In this document: positions 16,640 through 26,079 of the stretch, in pieces
Numbering within the stretch: position 1 is the first letter of the stretch
Layout: each line of letters opens with the position of its first letter
Notes under the pieces: generated by a model
What the model saw: only the letters and a program-made list of their open reading frames with translations
The model's database searches: none
What the model was told of the DNA's origin: nothing
Program-made: the position numbers and the translations under genes
Assembly (NCBI GenBank): GCA_034422595.1
Contig: DAOUJO010000013.1
Location: forward strand, 89,723-153,722
Origin: Dehalococcoidia bacterium
GTDB lineage: Bacteria > Chloroflexota > Dehalococcoidia > Lucifugimonadales > Australimonadaceae
Direction: 5' to 3'
DNA: 64,000 nt

Positions 16640-16703
16640 GGTTCGCGCCTCCGGGGGCAGTCTGCTGCCGGTAGTATAAGCGCACGCGCGCCTGCCCGGT
16701 GTG

Positions 16704-18098
16704 TCAGTCCTCGTCGTGCGGCTCCGGCATCAGCACGAACTCGGGGTACGCCTCGATGCCCAGTTCGCCGATGTCCTGCCCGAGGCGTTCGATGTTGGAC
16801 GACACGCGCGCGCCCAGTGTCGCCTTGAACGCCATCCAGAGCAGCCAGGAGACGGGAAAGACGAACGCGCCGACCGCCAGCACACCGATGAGCTGCACGT
16901 GGAACTGTGCTCCCGCAGCGATCGATGCGGCGAGCGTACCCCAGATGCCCGCGAACAGGTGCGCGGGCACCGCGCCGACGACGTCGTCCAGCTTGATCGT
17001 CTCGAGCAGCTTGAGACCGGCGACAACGATCAGTCCGCCGATCGCCCCGATGATGATTGCCCAGTAGTGGTCGACGATATCGGGTCCGGCGGTGATGGAG
17101 ACGAGGCCGGCGATCGCGCCATTCAGCGCGGCGAAGAGGTCTATGCGTCCGAGTATCCAGCGCGAGACCAGTATGGCCGTGACGACGCCCGCGGCGGCAG
17201 CGAGGTTCGTGTTCACGATCACGATGCTCATCGCCACCGCGTCCACGGCGCTCGCCAGCGCGAGTTGAGAACCTCCGTTGAAGCCGAACCAGCCGAGCCA
17301 GAGGATGAACACGCCCAGCGTTACCGCGATGGTGTTGGAGGGCGGCGTCGGCCTCGCCTTGCCGTCGCGCCCGAACTTGCCGAGCCTCGGCCCCACGACG
17401 AGGATGCCCGCCAGCGCAGCCCAGCCGCCGGTGCTGTGCACGATCGTCGACCCCGCGAAGTCCTGGAAGCCCATCTCGTAGAGCCATCCGCCGCCCCACG
17501 TCCATGCGCCTACGATAGGGTAGATAAATCCTGTCAACAGGAGCGTGAAGATGAAGAACGACCACATCTTCACCCGCTCGGCCAGCGCGCCGGATACGAT
17601 GGAGGCGGCGGTTGCCACGAACACCATCTGGAAGAACCAGTCCGACATCACGGAGTAGCTGCTCTCATCGACGACCGCCGCCGCGCTGCCGTCGCCCGCA
17701 AGCAGGGCCACCTCTTCCGCCGACGGTCCGTAGAGCAGGTTGAACGAGCCGATGACGCCCCCGACGATGTCGACGTACATGAGGTTGTAACCGACGAAGA
17801 AGTAGGCCAGCCCCGCGATGGAGTAGAGGCCGATATTCTTCATGCAGATCATGGAGGCGTTCTTGGTGCGGACCGAACCGGCCTCCAGCATCGTGAACCC
17901 GGCAGCCATCCACATCACCAGCGCGCCCCAGACGAGGAAAGCGAACGTGTTGAGGACGAACGCGGTCTCCGAGGCAACGTCCGCGGCGCGCGCGACGGCA
18001 GGCTGGGCCACGAAGAGCGCCAGTGCGAGAAGGCCGGATACGGCAAGGACCAGAGGGGGACGCCGGTAGGACAGGATGCGCAGGACGGTCATCGGCAC
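16704..18098 (-). CDS. amt: Ammonium transporter (Amt family)
   Basis: WMAAGFTMLEAG, FFQMVF, DFAGSTIVHSTGGW, GWFGFNGGS, DDVVGAVPAH; twin His and Phe gate present. Confidence 0.95.
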   Translation of the reverse strand: MPMTVLRILSYRRPPLVLAVSGLLALALFVAQPAVARAADVASETAFVLNTFAFLVWGALVMWMAAGFTMLEAGSVRTKNASMICMKNIGLYSIAGLAYFFVGYNLMYVDIVGGVIGSFNLLYGPSAEEVALLAGDGSAAAVVDESSYSVMSDWFFQMVFVATAASIVSGALAERVKMWSFFIFTLLLTGFIYPIVGAWTWGGGWLYEMGFQDFAGSTIVHSTGGWAALAGILVVGPRLGKFGRDGKARPTPPSNTIAVTLGVFILWLGWFGFNGGSQLALASAVDAVAMSIVIVNTNLAAAAGVVTAILVSRWILGRIDLFAALNGAIAGLVSITAGPDIVDHYWAIIIGAIGGLIVVAGLKLLETIKLDDVVGAVPAHLFAGIWGTLAASIAAGAQFHVQLIGVLAVGAFVFPVSWLLWMAFKATLGARVSSNIERLGQDIGELGIEAYPEFVLMPEPHDED

Positions 18099-18140
18099 TT
18101 AACCTCCGCTCTCCGGTTGGGCGCGAGCGTACCGCATCCC

Positions 18141-18154
18141 TGTCGCGCGCGACA
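18141..18154. promoter_or_regulatory. Perfect 14-bp palindrome in the amt/argS divergent intergenic region
   Basis: TGTCGCGCGCGACA. Confidence 0.35.
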
Positions 18155-18204
18155 ACGTCGCGGGTAGGCAGTTTCCCGCGGAGCGCTGGTATCATGAACG
18201 TCCT

Positions 18205-19890
18205 ATGCTCGTCCGAGACCTCATCGCCGCACGCCTGCGCGACGCCGTCGGCGAGGCGCAACGCACCGGCGCGCTCCCCCCGTTCGACCTGCCGCAGTCC
18301 GGGTTCGTGGAACGTCCGCAGAAGGCCGACCACGGCGACTTCGCCTCCGGCCTGCCGCTGCGCGTGGCCAAGGCCGCGAAGCGCCCGCCACTGGAGATAG
18401 CCCAGGCGCTCGCGGACTCGCTTGCGAAGGCCGAAGACGGCGGGCCCGTCGGTGAGGTCTCCGCCGCGCCGCCGGGGTTCGTGAACTTCCGCTTGAGCGA
18501 CGACTGGCTCCGCGCCCAGGTGGAGGCGGTCCGCGCCGCAGGCGATACGTTCGGCAACGTGGACGTGGGCGCGGGCAGGCGCGTGCAGATCGAATTCGTG
18601 AGCGTGAACCCCACCGGCCCCGTGCATGTCGGTCACGCGCGCGGCGCGGTGCTCGGCAGCGGGCTCGCCCGCGCTCTCTCCGCTGCCGGTTTCGACGTCA
18701 CGCGTGAGTACTACGTGAACGACGCGGGCAACCAGATGGAGCTCTTCTACCGCTCCGTGTTCGCGAGGTACGCGGAGGCGCTCGGCAGGACGGACGTCCC
18801 GCTGCCGGACGACGGCTACCGGGGCGAATACCTCGTGGAACTCGGGACGGAGCTCGCCGGACGTCACGGTCCGCGCTACCTGGAGATGAACGAGGCTGAG
18901 GCGATAGCCGAACTCGGCGAGGAAGCCCTCAATCGCATGCTGGACGTGATACGCGCCGACCTCGACCGCATCGGCGTCGGGTTCGACGTCTGGTTCCGCG
19001 AGCGCGACCTCTATTCCGGCGGGCAGTACGAGGAGACGATGGCCCTCCTCCGCGAGCGCGGCTACACCGCCGTACGCGATGGCGCGGAGTGGTTCACCTC
19101 CACCGCGCTCGGCGACGAGAAGGACAACGTCATCGTGCGCAGCACGGGCGCGCCCACCTACTTCGCGTCCGACATCGCCTACCACCGCGACAAGTTCGGA
19201 CGGCGCGGTTTCGACCGCGTGATCGACATCTGGGGCGCGGACCACCAGGGCCACGTGCCGCGCATGAAGGCGGTGATGCAGGCGCTCGACCTTGACCCCG
19301 ACCGTCTCACCATCCTCATCGGCCAGCTCGTGACGCTGAAGCACGGAGGCGACATCGTTCGCGCGTCCAAGCGCTCCGGCAACATCGTGACGCTCGGCGA
19401 CCTGGTCAGCGAGGTGGGTGCTGATGCCTGCCGCTACTTCTTCCTCGCGCGCGCCGCCGAGAGCCAGATGGAGTTCGACCTGGAGCTCGCGAAGAAGGAG
19501 TCGAGCGAGAACCCCGTCTACTACGTGCAGTACGCCCACGCGCGCATCGCCGGCATCGTCCGGCAGGCCGCAGAGCGCGGCGTTGACTGGGACGACGGCG
19601 ACACGGCGTTGCTGACCGACCCCGCCGAGCTCGCCCTGGTGCGGAAGATGCTGCAACTGCCGGAGATCGTGGACTCGATCGCCGTGACGCTCGCCCCGCA
19701 CTCGCTGCCGCACTACGCCGTCGACCTTGCCACCGCCTTCCACTGGTTCTACGACCACTGCCGCGTGCTCTCGTCCGACCCCGAGGATGCGCCGCTGATG
19801 AAGGCGCGCCTCAAGCTGACCGAGGCCGCGCGCGTCGCGCTCGCCCGCACGCTCGCGCTGATGGGCATGAGCGCGCCCGAGACGATGTAG
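18205..19890 (+). CDS. argS: Arginine--tRNA ligase
   Basis: EFVSVNPTGPVHVGH (HIGH), YYVNDAGNQ, WGADHQG, SKRSG, NPVYYVQYAHAR, APETM. Confidence 0.97.
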   Translation: MLVRDLIAARLRDAVGEAQRTGALPPFDLPQSGFVERPQKADHGDFASGLPLRVAKAAKRPPLEIAQALADSLAKAEDGGPVGEVSAAPPGFVNFRLSDDWLRAQVEAVRAAGDTFGNVDVGAGRRVQIEFVSVNPTGPVHVGHARGAVLGSGLARALSAAGFDVTREYYVNDAGNQMELFYRSVFARYAEALGRTDVPLPDDGYRGEYLVELGTELAGRHGPRYLEMNEAEAIAELGEEALNRMLDVIRADLDRIGVGFDVWFRERDLYSGGQYEETMALLRERGYTAVRDGAEWFTSTALGDEKDNVIVRSTGAPTYFASDIAYHRDKFGRRGFDRVIDIWGADHQGHVPRMKAVMQALDLDPDRLTILIGQLVTLKHGGDIVRASKRSGNIVTLGDLVSEVGADACRYFFLARAAESQMEFDLELAKKESSENPVYYVQYAHARIAGIVRQAAERGVDWDDGDTALLTDPAELALVRKMLQLPEIVDSIAVTLAPHSLPHYAVDLATAFHWFYDHCRVLSSDPEDAPLMKARLKLTEAARVALARTLALMGMSAPETM

Positions 19891-19900
19891 GCCCGGGCCG

Positions 19901-21082
19901 ATGCGGCGCGTCGGAGAGGTGCTGCTCACGGCTGGGTGGCTCGGCCTCACCTCGTTCGGCGGCCCCGTTGCGCACATCGGCTACTTCCGCGAGGCGTACG
20001 TCGTCCGTAAGCGCTGGCTGGACGAGGAGACGTTCGCCGGGCTCGTCGCGCTCTGCCAGTTCCTGCCCGGCCCCGCGAGCAGCCAGCTGGGCATAGCCAT
20101 CGGTATCCGCCGTGCGGGGTTGCTCGGCGGCTTCGCGGCGTGGCTCGCCTTCACGCTGCCGTCCGCCGCGGCGCTCATCCTGTTCGCCTACGGCGTGCAG
20201 TCGCTCGGCGACCAGACCGGCGCCAGCTGGCTGCATGGCCTGAAGGTCGTCGCCGTGGCAATCGTCGCGCTGGCGCTGTGGGGCATGGCGCGGACGCTCG
20301 CGCCGGACAGGCCGCGCGTGACGATAGCGGCGCTGGCGGCCATCGCGCTGCTGGCCGCGCCGGGCATCGCGGCGCAGCTGGCGGTTATCGCGGGCGGGGG
20401 TCTGCTGGGCCTCGCACTCTTGCGCGCCGACGATTCCTCACCCACGCAGACGGATGCGCGGCGCGGGACGCCGTGGCTCGCGGTTGCCGCGCTCGCCGCG
20501 TTCCTCGCCCTGCTCGTCGCGCTGCCGGTCGCCGCGCGGATGGTGGATGTGGGCGCGCTGGCTGTCGCCGACAGCTTCTACCGCGCCGGGTCGCTCGTGT
20601 TCGGCGGCGGCCACGTCGTGCTGCCGCTGCTGGAGGCGGAGGTCGTCCCGCCGGGCTGGGTGACGAAGGACGAGTTCATAGCGGGGTACGGCGCGGCGCA
20701 GGCAGTGCCCGGGCCGCTGTTCACGTTCGCGGGCTACCTCGGCGCGGCGATGGAGGTGGTCGCTCCGCGATGGCTGGGCGCCCTGCTGGCGCTGGGCGCG
20801 ATATTCCTGCCGTCGTTCCTCCTCGTGGTCGGCGTGCTGCCGTTCTGGGAGCGGCTGCGCGGAGTCGCTCGCGTGCGTCGGGCGCTGATGGGCGTCAACG
20901 CGGCGGTCGTCGGGCTGCTGCTCGCGGCGCTGTACGACCCGGTGTGGACGAGCGCGATACGTGTGCCTGAGGACTTCGCGCTGGCCGTGGCCGCGTTCAC
21001 CCTGCTGGCGTTCTGGCGCGTGCCGCCATGGGCGGTCGTCGCCCTGGCGGCGGGAGCGGGCGCGCTGCTTGCGGCGCTCTAG
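19901..21082 (+). CDS. chrA: Chromate efflux transporter (long-chain CHR)
   Basis: LTSFGGPVAHIG, QFLPGPASSQ, LVFGGGHVVLP, QAVPGP duplicated CHR motifs. Confidence 0.9.
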   Translation: MRRVGEVLLTAGWLGLTSFGGPVAHIGYFREAYVVRKRWLDEETFAGLVALCQFLPGPASSQLGIAIGIRRAGLLGGFAAWLAFTLPSAAALILFAYGVQSLGDQTGASWLHGLKVVAVAIVALALWGMARTLAPDRPRVTIAALAAIALLAAPGIAAQLAVIAGGGLLGLALLRADDSSPTQTDARRGTPWLAVAALAAFLALLVALPVAARMVDVGALAVADSFYRAGSLVFGGGHVVLPLLEAEVVPPGWVTKDEFIAGYGAAQAVPGPLFTFAGYLGAAMEVVAPRWLGALLALGAIFLPSFLLVVGVLPFWERLRGVARVRRALMGVNAAVVGLLLAALYDPVWTSAIRVPEDFALAVAAFTLLAFWRVPPWAVVALAAGAGALLAAL

Positions 21083-21091
21083 CCCCGCGCT

Positions 21092-22264
21092 CTAGCGCGC
21101 GACTGCCTGCGCGTCCGGCGAGCGATTGGCCCCGATCTGGGCGATGCCCTCGTCGACGTTGGTGTCGATCATCGGGTGGTCCGGGTCGCGGAAGACGCCG
21201 ATGGGGTCCTCGCCGCGCTGCACCCGCTCGATCTGCTCCTTCATCACGCGCCGGATCAGCACGACGCCCCTGTCCGAGTACGAGAGGTGTTCGACGGTGC
21301 GGTCGGTGATGGGGCCCTGCGTCTCCCATGCCATCTGGTCCTGAGCGTTCACGTCGCGCAGGACGTACCGCGTGAAGGGGTGGTCCTTCTCCGGGTCTTC
21401 CTTGATGGGCGGGTCGAACTTGAACTCGGGATTGAACGCGTCCGGGTCCTCGCTGCCGTCCTCGTTCGGGTAGAAGTGCATGCGAAGGTGCCAGGTGTGG
21501 GTGTCGTCTATGGGCGTGCGGAACTGCGTGCTGGAGCCCTGGCGCAGGATGTTCGGCATGAGGACAGGGTGCTCGTCCACCATGCCGTTCTTGTAGGTGC
21601 GCTTCTTCATCATCCCGCCGTAGTCCGTCACGTAGAACTCGAAGTGCTCGACGTCGTCGGTGAAACCCCGCGTCGTGTTGACGGGCTGGCGGCCGCCTCC
21701 GGTGAACTCCTGGTGCAGCACCTGGAGGTGGGCCGGGTCCATCGAGTTCTCCATCGCCTGGAACCAGTTGCAGTTGAGCGGCGGGTGGATGCGCACCATG
21801 CGCTTGCCGTCCTTGCGGAACATCGTGTCGTAGGGCGCCATCGGCGGGGCAGGCAGGGGCCCCATGTAGGCGAAGACGAGGCCGATGTGCACCTGCACCT
21901 TGTAGGCGGTCTGCTTGACGGAGCGCATGATCGCCTCGTTCTTCTCCGGCGGGGTCTCGAGGATGTTGCCGTCGCAGTCGTACAGCCAGCCGTGGTAGGC
22001 GCAGGAGATGCCGCGCTCCTCGACCCGCCCGTAGACGAGCGACGCGCTGCGGTGCGCGCAGTGGTCGGCGAGGAGGCCGATGCGCCCGGACTTATCCTTG
22101 AAGAGGACGAGGTCCTCACACATGACGCGGACAGCCTTCGTGGGGCGCTCGTCCGTGAGGTCGGAGGCGATGGCGATGGGGTGCCAGTAGCGCCGGAGCA
22201 GTTCGCCCCCCGGCGTGCCGGGGCCGACTCTCGTAAGCAGGTCGTTCTCTTGCTGCGTCAGCAT
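21092..22264 (-). CDS. Rieske non-heme iron oxygenase alpha subunit (phthalate dioxygenase/LigX-like), copy 1
   Basis: CAH-x16-CAYH Rieske site; ENSMDPAHLQVLH; QD...WETQGPI...EHL..SDRG. Confidence 0.9.
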   Translation of the reverse strand: MLTQQENDLLTRVGPGTPGGELLRRYWHPIAIASDLTDERPTKAVRVMCEDLVLFKDKSGRIGLLADHCAHRSASLVYGRVEERGISCAYHGWLYDCDGNILETPPEKNEAIMRSVKQTAYKVQVHIGLVFAYMGPLPAPPMAPYDTMFRKDGKRMVRIHPPLNCNWFQAMENSMDPAHLQVLHQEFTGGGRQPVNTTRGFTDDVEHFEFYVTDYGGMMKKRTYKNGMVDEHPVLMPNILRQGSSTQFRTPIDDTHTWHLRMHFYPNEDGSEDPDAFNPEFKFDPPIKEDPEKDHPFTRYVLRDVNAQDQMAWETQGPITDRTVEHLSYSDRGVVLIRRVMKEQIERVQRGEDPIGVFRDPDHPMIDTNVDEGIAQIGANRSPDAQAVAR

Positions 22265-22330
22265 CGTTGCACCTCTCTCGTGCGTGCGTCCTTCTCGTGA
22301 GGTTACTGTACTCCTGTCGGGCGTGCGGGT

Positions 22331-22933
22331 CTATGTATCTTCCTCATCAGGAGACGGGAGCAGGTGCGCCGCGATCCGGAGCAGCGCGTCCCAGTCCTGG
22401 CGCTTCGGGCGGAGGCCGGTGTCCACCTGCACCGTCCACCCCCGGAACTCCTGGTTGTACCCGGATATCTCTAGGCAACCGACCTTCTTCGCGAGCCTGA
22501 CGACCGCCGGGTCGCCGGAGAGCGTGTCGAACAGCCCTGTCCCGCGGTCGTCGCCCGTCCATGTGACGGCGGTCACCCTGCCGAACAGCGGAAAGCTCTT
22601 CTCCCGGCTCGTCTTCATGTCGACCGCCTGCCGGTTGTCGACGTAGCGCAAGTCGTCCGGTTGGTCGTCGCGTCCCTCGTCCGGCAGGCAGAAGACGGTC
22701 CACCACCGGGTGGGGCTGTACTGGTTGCCGTCCTGCTTGACGATGTTGACCCACCGGAAGGGCCCCTCCGCGACGTCGATAACGCCGATCGAGCGAGTGA
22801 ACGTTCGTTTGCAGATCTCCTCCTCGGGGCGGCCGCGCTCGGCCATCTCGGCGCGCAGGCCGAGCGAGTTCAGGGCCTTGGCGATGTTGTCGCGCGTCTT
22901 GTCGCGCCATCGTTCGTGGAACCGTTCACGCAC
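22331..22933 (-). CDS. Hypothetical protein
   Basis: 200-aa ORF with AAGGAGG RBS and GTG start; no family recognised. Confidence 0.65.
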   Translation of the reverse strand: MRERFHERWRDKTRDNIAKALNSLGLRAEMAERGRPEEEICKRTFTRSIGVIDVAEGPFRWVNIVKQDGNQYSPTRWWTVFCLPDEGRDDQPDDLRYVDNRQAVDMKTSREKSFPLFGRVTAVTWTGDDRGTGLFDTLSGDPAVVRLAKKVGCLEISGYNQEFRGWTVQVDTGLRPKRQDWDALLRIAAHLLPSPDEEDT

Positions 22934-23074
22934 CAGGTCCTCCTTCAGGGGCGATGGCGCGGAAGATAGGGGTGGGGCGCGGGGCTGTCAACGCGCTCTG
23001 CATCTCATCAAGGTGTTCCCAGATGTCGTTCTTGACGTCAACCCTACGAGTGATTGCCTGCGCAAGATGACATT

Positions 23075-23207
23075 TTGACGCCTTTATCGACAAGGCCGTG
23101 GCCTGCTTCCGGGGTAAGGCGTCAAGGCGTCGCCGTAACGTGTATAACTTCTTCCTGCCATAGATCCTGTCTATAGCTGAGGCGTGAGCTATAGACGCGG
23201 TCTATGG
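23075..23207. other. Intergenic inverted-repeat pair and compound hairpin
   Basis: TTGACGCCTT (23075-84) / AAGGCGTCAA (23116-25); CCATAGA..GTCTATAGCT-8 nt-AGCTATAGAC..TCTATGG (23158-23207). Confidence 0.6.
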
Positions 23208-23275
23208 GTGCTGTGTGCGTGACGGTCATGCAACCAGCGTAGCGGCGCGGGGGGCGACGGCGTAAGGGGCGGATG

Positions 23276-24544
23276 TCACTTCGACCTGCGGTGGGTCTCC
23301 GGCACGAACAGCCCGAGGATGATCGAGGAGAGCATCCCGGCGGCGCCGACGACCCCCAGCGCCAGGGTGAAGCCGGAGAGGGCCGTGCAGACCGAGACGA
23401 CCACGGGATTGGTCGTGAACCCCGCCTGCGTGACCGTACGCCCCACCGCGAAGAACCGTCCCCTGCCGCCGGGAGGCGCGAGGTCGGAGCCGACGACCTG
23501 CCACGAGCCGGTGAGCAGGCTGTTCATCGTCTGCATGACGACGAACCCGACGATGAACCAGCCGAACCCCATCCCGAAGAACGACGTTACCCCCAGGAAG
23601 GCCATCCCGGCGCCTAGCAGGAAGAGGCCGGGCACGATGGATATCTTCCGCCCGAAGCGGTCCATCAGGTACCCGGCCGCGAAGGTGAGCGGTATCCCCG
23701 CGCCCGCCATCAGGCTGCTGAGGATGCCGAGCGTCGCGGGGTCGGCCTCCTGGTAGGCGTAGGCGGCGTAGAGGAACACGGTGTTGCCCGCCACGATGCC
23801 GCCGCGCGCCGTCATGCCGAGCCACTGGGCGAGGAACATGACCGGTATCGGATGAGCGAGGAGCGCCTTCCACGAGAAGCTCTCCGTGGGGGAGGACGCC
23901 TCGCTCCGGCCTCCTCGGCGTCCGCCCTGAGGCATCGTCTCCCTGGCGAAGAAACCGGGGATCATGGCGACGACCGCGAACGCGCCCTGGATGATGAACG
24001 CGATCTCGAGACCGTACGTCACGGCCAGCAGCCCGCCCGCCAGCGGCCCTGCCAGCGTGCCGACGTGCTGGACGCCGAGGAGGCTCGTGATCATGCGCCC
24101 GCGTGAGCCGGAGCCGCTGGTGTCGGCGATCATGGTGAGCCGGCTGAGCGTCCACATCTGCGTGCCCCATCCGCCGATGAAGCGGTAGACGAGCAGCGCC
24201 TCGAAGGAGCCCGCCCAGGCGGTGAGGAAGGCGGAGAGGGCGGTGAGCGCCGGACCCAGGATGAGGATCCAACGCCGCCCGATCTTGTCGAGCAGGTAGC
24301 CGATGGGGATGCTGGCGGTGAGCCCGCCGAGCATGGTCGCCGCGAACACGAGGGCGGCCTGCTCCGGCCCTACGCCGAACGACAGTGCGAACTCCGGCAG
24401 GACGGGGACCGTCGCCCCCATGCCGAAACCGAGGGCGATCGCGGGCAGGTGGAGCTGGAAGAGCAGCCGCAGGAGGCGCTGCGGAGAGGCGCCCGCATCC
24501 GTTGCGGGCGTCGGAGCCTGGCTGGAGGGCGGCTGCGTCGTCAC
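23276..24544 (-). CDS. MFS transporter
   Basis: About 12 TM segments; motif A GYLLDKIGRR and GYLMDRFGRK. Confidence 0.88.
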   Translation of the reverse strand: MTTQPPSSQAPTPATDAGASPQRLLRLLFQLHLPAIALGFGMGATVPVLPEFALSFGVGPEQAALVFAATMLGGLTASIPIGYLLDKIGRRWILILGPALTALSAFLTAWAGSFEALLVYRFIGGWGTQMWTLSRLTMIADTSGSGSRGRMITSLLGVQHVGTLAGPLAGGLLAVTYGLEIAFIIQGAFAVVAMIPGFFARETMPQGGRRGGRSEASSPTESFSWKALLAHPIPVMFLAQWLGMTARGGIVAGNTVFLYAAYAYQEADPATLGILSSLMAGAGIPLTFAAGYLMDRFGRKISIVPGLFLLGAGMAFLGVTSFFGMGFGWFIVGFVVMQTMNSLLTGSWQVVGSDLAPPGGRGRFFAVGRTVTQAGFTTNPVVVSVCTALSGFTLALGVVGAAGMLSSIILGLFVPETHRRSK

Positions 24545-24561
24545 GCGGGGAGGTTACACCC

Positions 24562-25149
24562 CTACATCGGCTCAATCACCCCGCAGGCTACCCGCTTGCC
24601 GGTGTCCGACTCCGTCTCTCCATAGGCGTCCGGGTTTTCGTGCACGATGATGGCGGAGCCGTCGTCATCGAATATGGAATGACTCAGGGCCGTGTCCAGT
24701 GTAATGCCAGCGGTAAAGAAGTCTGCGCGTGCGGAGCCGTCGGAGGCGGCGTAGATATTGGGCAGGTCGCCGCTGTGTCCCCCGGATTCGCCCCGCTTCC
24801 AGGCCGGGTGGACGAGACCATGTTCCGCATCGGTGGGGTTGAAGTGGTCTCCGGCGGCGCCAAAGTCAGGCGAACACGCGCCGATCTCGTGGATGATGAA
24901 CGCATGACCGCCCGGGGCCAATCCCTTCACATCGGCCATGATGAGGACCCCGGAGCTTGCTTGCAGGAATGTAACGGTCCCCATGGGATCACCGGACGGG
25001 GATTCCAGTACAGCCTCTGCAGTCAATCCCACTTCGGGTTCGGCCGCTTCACCTGAACCGGCAGTCAGCAAGACGAAGATGCCGATGACGATGACGGTTA
25101 CGATAACCGCAGGCACCACGAAAATAGCAAACTCCCATCGCACAGGCAT
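24562..25149 (-). CDS. Cu/Zn superoxide dismutase-family protein, membrane anchored, missing one Cu ligand
   Basis: HAFIIHE, GDHFNP, HSGDLPNI, IIVHENPD, KRVACGVI; N-terminal TM helix; GGAGG RBS before ATG 25149. Confidence 0.85.
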   Translation of the reverse strand: MPVRWEFAIFVVPAVIVTVIVIGIFVLLTAGSGEAAEPEVGLTAEAVLESPSGDPMGTVTFLQASSGVLIMADVKGLAPGGHAFIIHEIGACSPDFGAAGDHFNPTDAEHGLVHPAWKRGESGGHSGDLPNIYAASDGSARADFFTAGITLDTALSHSIFDDDGSAIIVHENPDAYGETESDTGKRVACGVIEPM

Positions 25150-25305
25150 TTTGAGAGCCACCTCCTTGGCTATCCCGCTGCGGGCCAATGTACAAGAAGA
25201 GGGGACTGTTGTAGGTGCCGGTGCAGTCTCAATTCAGGCACTGTTATTGGTACTACCCTGAACGTCATCGAACCGTTACGGAAGCAGTCTCGAACGTCAC
25301 CCCCT

Positions 25306-25351
25306 TCGGTATCGCGCCAGGAGTGTTCATGATGAGCTCGAGCATCTTGAC
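25306..25351. repeat. 46-bp direct repeat, copy 1 (partial duplicate of the deacetylase 3' region)
   Basis: 43/46 identical to 26127-26172; encodes VKMLELIMNTPGAIP on the minus strand. Confidence 0.9.
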
Positions 25352-25381
25352 AGCATCCTGAATCGGCATCATGATGTCTCC

Positions 25382-25639
25382 ATGAGGACGACGCTTACCC
25401 TGGATGATGATGTAGCGGACTCGCTCAAGGAGCAGGCGCGGCTGCTGAACATGCCGTTCAAGCGGATCGTGAACGACGCGCTGCGCCGGGGAATGTCGCC
25501 CGGAGTCCAGGAGGACCGTCCGGTGTTCCGGGTCACGCCGCTCGCCGGTGGGTTCCGGCCGGGGATCGACCTCCTCAAACTCAACCAGCTCAATGACGAA
25601 TTGGAGACGCAGTCTTTCGCCGGGCGGGACGCCGGATGA
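25382..25639 (+). CDS. VapB-like RHH antitoxin
   Basis: MRTTLTLDDDVA...FKRIVNDALRRG; ATGA overlap with a PIN toxin. Confidence 0.88.
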   Translation: MRTTLTLDDDVADSLKEQARLLNMPFKRIVNDALRRGMSPGVQEDRPVFRVTPLAGGFRPGIDLLKLNQLNDELETQSFAGRDAG

Positions 25640-26061
25640 TCGTCCCGGACGTGAACCTGCTCGTCTATGCATACAACGAGGCAGCGCCCTCCCACGAGCA
25701 GGCCCGCCGCTGGTGGGAAGGTCTGGTGAACGGCGCGGAGCGGGTAGGCGTCCCGTGGGTGGTGGCGGCGGGCTTCGTGCGGTTGCTGACCCACCCGAGC
25801 GTTCGTGAGCGGCCCGCAACGCCTATGCAGGCAGTGGACTATGTGGAAGAGTGGTTCCGCTTTCCCAACGTCGTGCCGCTGAATCCCGGCACGGAGCATC
25901 TCAGGCTGTTCCGCCGGGCCTTGGACGCTGCGGGTGTCGGTGCCAACCTGGTGACGGACGCTCATGTTGCTGCCCTGGCCATGGAGCACCAAGCGGAGGT
26001 CCACTCCAACGACGCCGACTTCGGCCGGTTCCCCGGCCTTCGTTGGCGTAACCCTCTCTGA
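25636..26061 (+). CDS. VapC-like PIN-domain toxin
   Basis: IVPDVNLLVYAY, NLVTDAHVAALAMEH, VHSNDADFGRFPGL. Confidence 0.92.
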   Translation: MIVPDVNLLVYAYNEAAPSHEQARRWWEGLVNGAERVGVPWVVAAGFVRLLTHPSVRERPATPMQAVDYVEEWFRFPNVVPLNPGTEHLRLFRRALDAAGVGANLVTDAHVAALAMEHQAEVHSNDADFGRFPGLRWRNPL

Positions 26062-26079
26062 TCATCGGTACGGAGCGCG

